The notes under the pieces are model-generated. The model made no database searches. It was given only the letters and a program-made list of their open reading frames with translations, and was not told where the DNA came from. 64,000 nucleotides of DNA from positions 30,948 to 94,947 of the IMG/VR virus record IMGVR_UViG_3300030406_003049, one strand, 5' to 3'. Numbering within the stretch: the first letter of the stretch is position 1; each line of letters opens with the position of its first letter. This DNA is from a virus. Of this stretch, positions 57,451 through 64,000 are shown in pieces. The position numbers and the translations under genes are program-made.

Positions 57451-58701
57451 ATGTCTTCGGCAATCTTAGCAACTAGGAATGATGGCTTCTCCATCATAAA
57501 GAGTAGTAGCGATGATTTGATGATTGGTGGATATGCTAGTATTGAAATTGTTGATAAACAAAACGATTTGATTACACTTAAAGCACTTAATGAAGCAGTT
57601 GCTAAATTTATGCAAGATTCTAAATTTAGAAATGTAATGACAAACCATTCTAATGTTCAAGTTGGAGAGGTTGTAGATTCTTATAGAGATAAAACCGGCA
57701 GACTTTGGAAATCCGAAGTTGATGATGTTGGTTTCTTTGTAGTAATTAAACTACGAGATGATATAGAAAAGGCCAAAGAAGTAGGTCGCAATATTCGCAA
57801 AGGGTCGTTGAGGTCTTTTAGCATAGGAGGACAAGCCCTCCAAAAAGTAAAGAAAAGTAATGAAAACTTGGGAGAGTATAATGAAATCAGCAAGTTAGAG
57901 TTGCATGAAATTACTATATGCGAAAAAGGAATCAACCCCGAAGCGAGATTTGATATTTTGAAACAAGATAAGACAGGTGAAAAAACTATGAGTAATAAAC
58001 TAGAGAAAGCATTAGCGGAGTTAGACACTTTGCTAGAAGAAGTAAATACGCTTCGTAAAGAAGAAGAGATGCTTGATGAAAAAGGCATGAAAGAAGAAGA
58101 GATGGCTGATGAAACAGAAATGGGCGACTACGGCATGGACAAGGAAGATGAAGAAGATATGGACATGAAAGAAGATGAAGAAGACATGGACGAAAAAGGC
58201 ATGGGCGAATATCAAGATGAAGAAGCAAAGGCTTACTTGAGAACTCTTGATGGTGCAGGAAACCAAATTGGAGAACCTGCTGACCGTATCGTTATTAACA
58301 ACGGTAAGCCAACTGCTTCCGATATGCCGGTTGTAAAGGCATTTGATAATGGTGAATTTGACACACTAGATTTGTCAAACGCTAACATTGAGAAGGCTTA
58401 TGAGGCGTTCCGACAAGAACAACTTGAAGCACTTGCTTACGACAACCTAAAGAAGTCCTTTGAAGCAAGATTCGCTAGAGAAGTTTCAACAAGAGAGAAT
58501 GTTATCGCCAAGCAAAACTATGATGCACAAAGCGAGATTGCTTCTCTTAAGAATGAATTTACACAACTAAGGAAATCTTTGACTGCTGAAAAAGAAACTA
58601 TCCTAAAGGCACAAGAAGAATCCGCAATTAAACTCCCAAGTATGGAAGAGATGGCTGACATGGATTGGTCGGACATTCACAAAATGGTAGGAGGAATTTA
58701 A
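57451..58701 (+). CDS. HK97-type prohead protease fused to scaffold domain
   Basis: IGGYAS.E.VDKQND, NH...QVG, SFSIGG, LHEITIC....NPEA; acidic coiled-coil C-half. Confidence 0.88.
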   Translation: MSSAILATRNDGFSIIKSSSDDLMIGGYASIEIVDKQNDLITLKALNEAVAKFMQDSKFRNVMTNHSNVQVGEVVDSYRDKTGRLWKSEVDDVGFFVVIKLRDDIEKAKEVGRNIRKGSLRSFSIGGQALQKVKKSNENLGEYNEISKLELHEITICEKGINPEARFDILKQDKTGEKTMSNKLEKALAELDTLLEEVNTLRKEEEMLDEKGMKEEEMADETEMGDYGMDKEDEEDMDMKEDEEDMDEKGMGEYQDEEAKAYLRTLDGAGNQIGEPADRIVINNGKPTASDMPVVKAFDNGEFDTLDLSNANIEKAYEAFRQEQLEALAYDNLKKSFEARFAREVSTRENVIAKQNYDAQSEIASLKNEFTQLRKSLTAEKETILKAQEESAIKLPSMEEMADMDWSDIHKMVGGI

Positions 58702-58702
58702 G

Positions 58703-60040
58703 ATGACAGGTTATATTAATACAATCGCAGATTTAGAAGCAAGCACATATGGAATAAACAATTTACCTGCCGGTAATGCTTTGTTAAAGCAAGCAGGTGC
58801 TATCGGTGGAATACACACCGGACATGACGGTTCTCCGTCATTCTCCGGTAGTGCCGTTAGTGATGTATCGGCATTATACAACATTGTTTACGGACAGAAA
58901 GTATGGTCTATGTTGAATAGAGAAGTTAATGCTCTTTCAATGATTTCAAAAAGACCTTATTCTTCTAGTGGTTGGAGAGTTCTAAAGTCAAGACCTGCCG
59001 GTGGAAGCGGTAATTTGTTTACTGTTGATGCAAGCGGAACTGAAAACTTAGCGGAACTAGGTTCGGATAGCCCAAGAGCAGATATGATTGGTGGTGTTCC
59101 TGAAAATGCCGCACTATCTACTGCACAAGATGGATTAGGCCCAATTGCTCCAACATATGCACAACTCAACATGAGTCCTAAAGTCGTTGCACATCAATTT
59201 GATTTCAGCGAACTTGCTATGGAAATGGCTCAAATTGATGATGGAATTGGCGACATTAGAGCGCAAATGAGAGAAGACATGGGTAAGCACCACGCAGAAG
59301 TTCAAAACAAAATGTTGGTTATGCCGCTAGAGCATTATGGTGAATCTTCCGCTATGCCTAATATCGGAAACAACTATACTTCTCTAAATAAGGTTATTAC
59401 CTCAAGAGATGAATTGCTAAAGATTGACGGTGGAGTTATCGCAACTGATACTACTTCCGCTTCTAACGCTCTAGGAAAGATTTACGGCAGTGAAAGATTT
59501 ACTGCGGCATCTTTCCTTGATGCAGAAGTAGATTGTGGAACTGGTTATGCGGCAGGAGATGTTCGTTCACTAACTCTAACAAGACTTAATGACATGATTA
59601 GAAACCTAAGACTAGCCGGTGGTTCTCCAAAGGTTATTCTAACTGGCTATGATACAATTCAAGCAATCGCTGATTTGCTACAAAGCCAAGAAAGATTCAT
59701 GGATAGAAAAGAAGTAGTCCCAACCGTAAATGGTGTTAGAGGAGTTAAAGGACAAGAAGTTGGATTTAGAGTAGCAACATACTACGACATTCCGCTAATT
59801 CCTGTTAAAGACATGTGTCAAACAGGCAGTGCTTCAACAAAACTAAGTGATTTACTATTCCTTGATACAGACCATTTGTGGCTTTCTGTTATGAAGCCAA
59901 CACAATACTTTGAAGATGGTATCGCTAATGGAAACCCATTCGGTGTCGGAACTCTAGGAAACAGGGCTTTGTATCGCACAATTGGTGAAGTTGGTTGTTC
60001 CTTCTTCAAGGGTCAAGGAAAGATAACAAACATACAGTAA
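58703..60040 (+). CDS. Major capsid protein (HK97 fold)
   Basis: 445 aa directly after the protease; YGQKVWSMLN.E, PKV....FDFSE, TYYDIPLIP...LLFLDTD pattern. Confidence 0.88.
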   Translation: MTGYINTIADLEASTYGINNLPAGNALLKQAGAIGGIHTGHDGSPSFSGSAVSDVSALYNIVYGQKVWSMLNREVNALSMISKRPYSSSGWRVLKSRPAGGSGNLFTVDASGTENLAELGSDSPRADMIGGVPENAALSTAQDGLGPIAPTYAQLNMSPKVVAHQFDFSELAMEMAQIDDGIGDIRAQMREDMGKHHAEVQNKMLVMPLEHYGESSAMPNIGNNYTSLNKVITSRDELLKIDGGVIATDTTSASNALGKIYGSERFTAASFLDAEVDCGTGYAAGDVRSLTLTRLNDMIRNLRLAGGSPKVILTGYDTIQAIADLLQSQERFMDRKEVVPTVNGVRGVKGQEVGFRVATYYDIPLIPVKDMCQTGSASTKLSDLLFLDTDHLWLSVMKPTQYFEDGIANGNPFGVGTLGNRALYRTIGEVGCSFFKGQGKITNIQ

Positions 60041-60064
60041 GGAGAATAAAGGAGAGGATATAAT

Positions 60065-60328
60065 ATGGCTTTTACAACAGTAATACATTTGGAAATGAAC
60101 TTAGAAGGAAACAGAAAATTGGTGTGTGGACAAACAACTACCGATGGAACAGACGGTAATATTGAAACCGGACTTTCTCTAGTAGAGAGTTTGGTTTTTA
60201 CCCACAAAGGCAGTGCAGTTGAGGCTAATGCCGCTACAGTTAATGCAGATTTCCCACTAGCAAGTGGTGATGTTGCTATTAAATGCACTAGTGCTGATGT
60301 AGTCTACTTTCAAGCAATCGGGCAATAA
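60065..60328 (+). CDS. Small virion structural/decoration protein
   Basis: Beta-rich, ends FQAIG; follows MCP. Confidence 0.55.
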   Translation: MAFTTVIHLEMNLEGNRKLVCGQTTTDGTDGNIETGLSLVESLVFTHKGSAVEANAATVNADFPLASGDVAIKCTSADVVYFQAIGQ

Positions 60329-60339
60329 GGTGATTAATA

Positions 60340-60684
60340 ATGGCTATCGCAGTGACATTATTAGCAGACCATAAAGGCACTACACGACCTAAAGTTAGCG
60401 GTGATGAATATGTGGTTGATGCACTAATAGACATGGGAACTTATGCTTCCGGTGGTTTAGAAGTTGATGCTTCGCTATTAGGCTTAAGCACTATTACTCA
60501 AGTTATGATAACTGGACAAGATTCAGTAGTTGGACTAGTTGTTCCCGAAGTATCGGCAACAGGGGCTTATGAAGGCACTACTTCATTTAAACTCAATGTT
60601 GTTATAGGAACAAGCGGGGCTAATGAAGAAGGCGGTTCAGTAGACTACGGTTCAGTTAGAGTTAGAGTTTACGGAAACCTTTGA
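60340..60684 (+). CDS. Small virion structural protein
   Basis: Y..GG...LGL..I...VRVRVYG pattern. Confidence 0.55.
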   Translation: MAIAVTLLADHKGTTRPKVSGDEYVVDALIDMGTYASGGLEVDASLLGLSTITQVMITGQDSVVGLVVPEVSATGAYEGTTSFKLNVVIGTSGANEEGGSVDYGSVRVRVYGNL

Positions 60685-60694
60685 GGGGATTTAA

Positions 60695-61039
60695 TTGGTT
60701 AAAGTTAGATTGGCTGACAATTCTAAAATCGGCAGACTTAACATTACACCAAAGAAAGAAATTACAAGGAAAGATGAAGAAACCGTTTCAGTAAAATGGG
60801 CGGTTCTTCGTCTTTCCGACCCTAATTATTTCTTTGTGTTTAATGAAGAAGACCGAGAAGAGTTGTTAGCACTTAATGAAAAACTTGTTCTAATTGGTTG
60901 TAAGGAAACAGGTAAGGATATTTCAACTGTTGATGAATTAGCAGATGAACTTCTACCAAAGAAGATAAAACCTAAACCAAAACCTAAACCAAAGCCCAAG
61001 CCAAAGCCAAAAACTCCTTCTAAATCAAAGAAAGAGTAA
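60695..61039 (+). CDS. Hypothetical protein with (KP)n tail
   Basis: KPKPKPKPKPKPKPK low-complexity tail. Confidence 0.55.
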   Translation: MVKVRLADNSKIGRLNITPKKEITRKDEETVSVKWAVLRLSDPNYFFVFNEEDREELLALNEKLVLIGCKETGKDISTVDELADELLPKKIKPKPKPKPKPKPKPKTPSKSKKE

Positions 61040-61091
61040 TCGCTACATTAAATAGGTGGAGTCTTTCTCCATCAATTGAACAGGTGTTAGT

Positions 61092-61397
61092 ATGACAGGC
61101 ATAGGCGGTTGTAGAAGTAGTGGAGTTTTAGGAGCAAGTGCGGTTGTAAGTAATGAAGGTGCTAAGTTAATTAGCATTCATGCGGCAATTTCAATCTCCG
61201 GTGGAGATGCAGTAACGGTTAAAGTTTTCAACGGAACTAGTAATGGTGGAACAGAAATTGCTAGAATACATCAAGAAACAAATGGACACTACAATTTAGA
61301 GTATGACATGCATGGTGTTTTGTGTAGAAACGGTATCTACTTAGAAATAACAGAAGCCGGAAGTTCTACTGCTAATATTTCAGTAGAGTTCAATTGA
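61092..61397 (+). CDS. Small beta-rich structural protein
   Basis: G.L..I....V.VFNG...GV....GIY pattern. Confidence 0.5.
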   Translation: MTGIGGCRSSGVLGASAVVSNEGAKLISIHAAISISGGDAVTVKVFNGTSNGGTEIARIHQETNGHYNLEYDMHGVLCRNGIYLEITEAGSSTANISVEFN

Positions 61398-61406
61398 GGT
61401 TTTATT

Positions 61407-61814
61407 ATGGCGGCATTAAGTCAAGACACAAGATTAATTATGACAATTTTATTTGTCGGAACAGTTAGCGGAGCAAATGTATATTTTTACTCCGCTTATG
61501 GATTAAACTTCCCTTATGGGCCATTAGCACATTCTGTTTTATTTGGCCTTATTACAGTTGGCGGAATAATGGTTATGAAGGCATTGTTTGATTTATCACT
61601 AAATGACAAGATAGAAATTAGATTGTTAGATAGGCAAATAGAAAATCACTTTCAAAGACTACAAAGAGAAGAACAAATCAAGGCTAAACTTCAAGAAAGC
61701 ATGAAGCAGTTTGGGACAGTAAGGCGTGAAAATTGGCGCAACAATGTTATGACTGCTGACGATTATGAAGATAATACAATAGGAAATGAGTTCCTAGCAA
61801 CTATCCAACAATAG
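61407..61814 (+). CDS. Two-TM membrane protein with cytoplasmic coiled coil
   Basis: Two hydrophobic segments followed by a charged helix. Confidence 0.6.
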   Translation: MAALSQDTRLIMTILFVGTVSGANVYFYSAYGLNFPYGPLAHSVLFGLITVGGIMVMKALFDLSLNDKIEIRLLDRQIENHFQRLQREEQIKAKLQESMKQFGTVRRENWRNNVMTADDYEDNTIGNEFLATIQQ

Positions 61815-61825
61815 GTTGTGATGGC

Positions 61826-62044
61826 TTGGTCTTTGGAGACATAATGGGCTTTAGTGAGTCCGACTATGTGTATAATCAAAGTAGGGCGCATTCAGCAGAT
61901 ATGTTTTTTATAAAAATGAAGATGTATTTTTGGGGTTCTTGTGCGGCACTATCAGCGTTTTTGATTGGTAATATAATGGGAGTCTTTGACATTAATATAA
62001 TGGGTTGGATTATAGAGAGGGCTAAGGATATTTGGGGGCATTAA
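61826..62044 (+). CDS. Small membrane protein
   Basis: One hydrophobic segment plus amphipathic tail. Confidence 0.55.
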   Translation: MVFGDIMGFSESDYVYNQSRAHSADMFFIKMKMYFWGSCAALSAFLIGNIMGVFDINIMGWIIERAKDIWGH

Positions 62045-62707
62045 ATGTCCATAATGACCGGCTTTGCTATTCTCGTCGGTGAAGCAATTATAGGATTTTA
62101 CAAAAGAGTCCATGCAATTAACTTTGGAGTATATGGTTCTACAATGGTTGGTAAAACAACTTTGAGCCATCAACTTAGAACAAGGGGGGAAGTTCCCACA
62201 ATAAGCGAAAGAACAGTTGGCTTGCATAGAGCCACTAGAAAAAATATAAAGATTGATGGAGATTCTCATACAATTAAAAGTGCTGACTTAGGAGGCGAAG
62301 CAATTTATTGGAAAGAATGGGTCAAAGATATGCAAAAGCGTAGAGTAAAATATATTATTTTTATGATAGACCATAGGCATTTAGATTCCCCTTCTAATTT
62401 AGACCATCAGTTAGCATGGAAATTTTTAGTAGATACTATTGTGGCTGATAGATGGCCTTCGGGTAAAAAGAAAAAAGAAGCAGATTATCCTATGGCCGTT
62501 GGTATATGGGCTAACAAATATGATATGTGGGGAGAGAAATATAAAAGCGATAAACCCATAGATAAACATGAAATATTTGAACCGTTTACATATGGAATGA
62601 GGCAGTTGAATGACAAGGGAATACCTTGTTTCAAGTATATAGTATCAGCAAAGTCCGACCCCGAAATGGTGTATAAGGGAATTACTAGTATGATAAAAGA
62701 TTATTGA
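62045..62707 (+). CDS. Arf/Sar1-like small GTPase
   Basis: G1 GSTMVGKT, G2 T(VG), G3 DLGG, G4 NKYD, G5 SAK; N-terminal hydrophobic/amphipathic helix. Confidence 0.8.
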   Translation: MSIMTGFAILVGEAIIGFYKRVHAINFGVYGSTMVGKTTLSHQLRTRGEVPTISERTVGLHRATRKNIKIDGDSHTIKSADLGGEAIYWKEWVKDMQKRRVKYIIFMIDHRHLDSPSNLDHQLAWKFLVDTIVADRWPSGKKKKEADYPMAVGIWANKYDMWGEKYKSDKPIDKHEIFEPFTYGMRQLNDKGIPCFKYIVSAKSDPEMVYKGITSMIKDY

Positions 62708-62717
62708 GGAATGAAAG

Positions 62718-63350
62718 ATGTATCAGCAACCTAATTTAATAAATACGCAACAAGCAAAGAACGCCTTTTTGCCTAAACTACAACAGTATAGAGCAGTTGG
62801 GGCAATTGAAGACTATAAGTTTGATGCGTTAAAACCAAAGAAGCAAATGAAAGAAATAAGAAAAGTATTGTTGCCGGAAAAGAAACAAATATTGTTTTTA
62901 AAATACGGCCATAAATTTAACTTCAAAGATAGATGTGTAGTATGTGGAACTCATCACATTTGGGAGGCTAGTGATTATTTGAGGCCACCAATACCACTAG
63001 ATAAAGTAGAGAAGGGAAGGCCACTTAGAGGAACTTATTGTCCTAGACATGCGGCTATTCACAAACAAATGGAAATGCTACAACAACAAATATTGGCTGA
63101 TGAACACGGCTTAGATTTTAAGGCATTTATTCCTAAAGCGAAAATGCCCTCTATGCTAAAAAGACAACAAATAACTGACCTAACAAAAGAAGATGTTATG
63201 AGGCTGACTAGCATGGGGTGGACTATAACGCCACCAACACCGGCCAAAGATGCAGAAACACAATTAGCAGAAATGGTTAGATTAACGGCAGAAATACAAT
63301 TAAATACAGAAAGGATTAATTATCTAATTAAAGGAGAGCAGGGTGAGTAA
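62718..63350 (+). CDS. Zn-binding hypothetical protein
   Basis: CVVC...YCPRH. Confidence 0.6.
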   Translation: MYQQPNLINTQQAKNAFLPKLQQYRAVGAIEDYKFDALKPKKQMKEIRKVLLPEKKQILFLKYGHKFNFKDRCVVCGTHHIWEASDYLRPPIPLDKVEKGRPLRGTYCPRHAAIHKQMEMLQQQILADEHGLDFKAFIPKAKMPSMLKRQQITDLTKEDVMRLTSMGWTITPPTPAKDAETQLAEMVRLTAEIQLNTERINYLIKGEQGE

Positions 63351-63351
63351 T

Positions 63352-64000
63352 ATGGGAATTTTAGGAACAAGTAATAAAACTGTTTTAGGAGCAGTTCAAC
63401 AACAAAGCGACCAACAATTTAAGAATGTAAATAACTTACTTTCTTTACAAGATAATCATGTTGAGGAGTTCTTTCAATATCACGGTCAAATGTTTTTGAC
63501 ACAAATGGAAAAACTCATGGAAGATGTTGTAGAAAGAGTAGTTAGTAAGATGTTAGCGAAACTACAATTTACAACTGATTCTACAACAGGAATGTTAAAG
63601 ATTCATAACGATGCTATGAGAGAATTTGAAAAGATTACGGCAGAAAATATAGAATTAGACATACAAAAAGTATTAGATGCGGCTATCAATACAGAAGTTG
63701 TTAATCAAAGAAAGTTAGCAAAACAACAATACCTAGAATCTCAAGGATTTAGCGGTGGTGGCGGTATGCAATCAATGACACAACCAACCGCAGGTGTAGC
63801 AATAGCGGGATTAACTGGTAATATGCAACAATACCAACAGATGCAAGGTGCTATGAATAATGGTAGTGGCTATCCTGTTCCACCATCGGGAACTGATAAT
63901 TATGGAAGACCATATTGGATAGATGCTCAAGGACAGATGAGTTACGAACCTCCACAAAGCGGATTAGGTTTAGGTAGTGCTATACAAAAAGGTGCGGCTT
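63352..64000 (+). CDS. Hypothetical protein, Gln/Gly/Met-rich (runs off window end)
   Basis: Manual translation MGILGTSNKTVLGAVQQQSDQQF...; GGTGA RBS; no stop seen before 64000. Confidence 0.65.
   Translation, partial: MGILGTSNKTVLGAVQQQSDQQFKNVNNLLSLQDNHVEEFFQYHGQMFLTQMEKLMEDVVERVVSKMLAKLQFTTDSTTGMLKIHNDAMREFEKITAENIELDIQKVLDAAINTEVVNQRKLAKQQYLESQGFSGGGGMQSMTQPTAGVAIAGLTGNMQQYQQMQGAMNNGSGYPVPPSGTDNYGRPYWIDAQGQMSYEPPQSGLGLGSAIQKGAA

Noticed and set aside
60965-61012. AAACCW-type tandem repeat as a DNA element
   Set aside because: Explained by the (KP)n low-complexity coding tail; third codon positions vary.

Overview
AT-rich 64-kb segment of an archaeal tailed dsDNA virus (Caudoviricetes). 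Gene content (family-B polymerase, RFC, TFB, two ATP-dependent ligases, chaperonin, HK97-type head module, GGTGA/GGAG RBSs, TATA promoters) best fits a marine Euryarchaeota (MGII/Poseidoniales) 'magrovirus'-type genome; this assignment is inference. Two divergent arms meet near 30.5 kb. The minus arm (1-30.4 kb) carries replication and repair genes (PolB, clamp, Sak4-like ATPase, SSB, RFC, ligase, UV-dimer glycosylase, UvrD), a histone-fold protein, PC4, GroEL/GroES, a CGACA-iteron origin candidate, and an early-gene cassette array. The plus arm (30.6-64 kb) carries terminase, portal, a second ligase, prohead protease/scaffold, major capsid protein and an Arf/Sar1-like GTPase membrane module. 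Most notable: (1) an apparently complete virus-encoded ubiquitin-like conjugation system (Ubl ending in GG, ThiF/E1, JAMM protease, candidate Cys acceptor) surrounding a viral TFB; (2) self-contained early cassettes separated by an ACCATATGGT palindrome and a sequence-variable, structure-conserved hairpin with a fixed bulged A, headed by an Ocr-like DNA mimic; (3) two paralogous ORFs each enclosed by a covarying 5'/3' long-range RNA stem; (4) about 16 unrelated late proteins sharing an N-terminal W-x-x-I-L-K tag that resembles the scaffold C-terminus, a candidate capsid-loading signal. All family calls come from motif recognition by eye; no searches were run.
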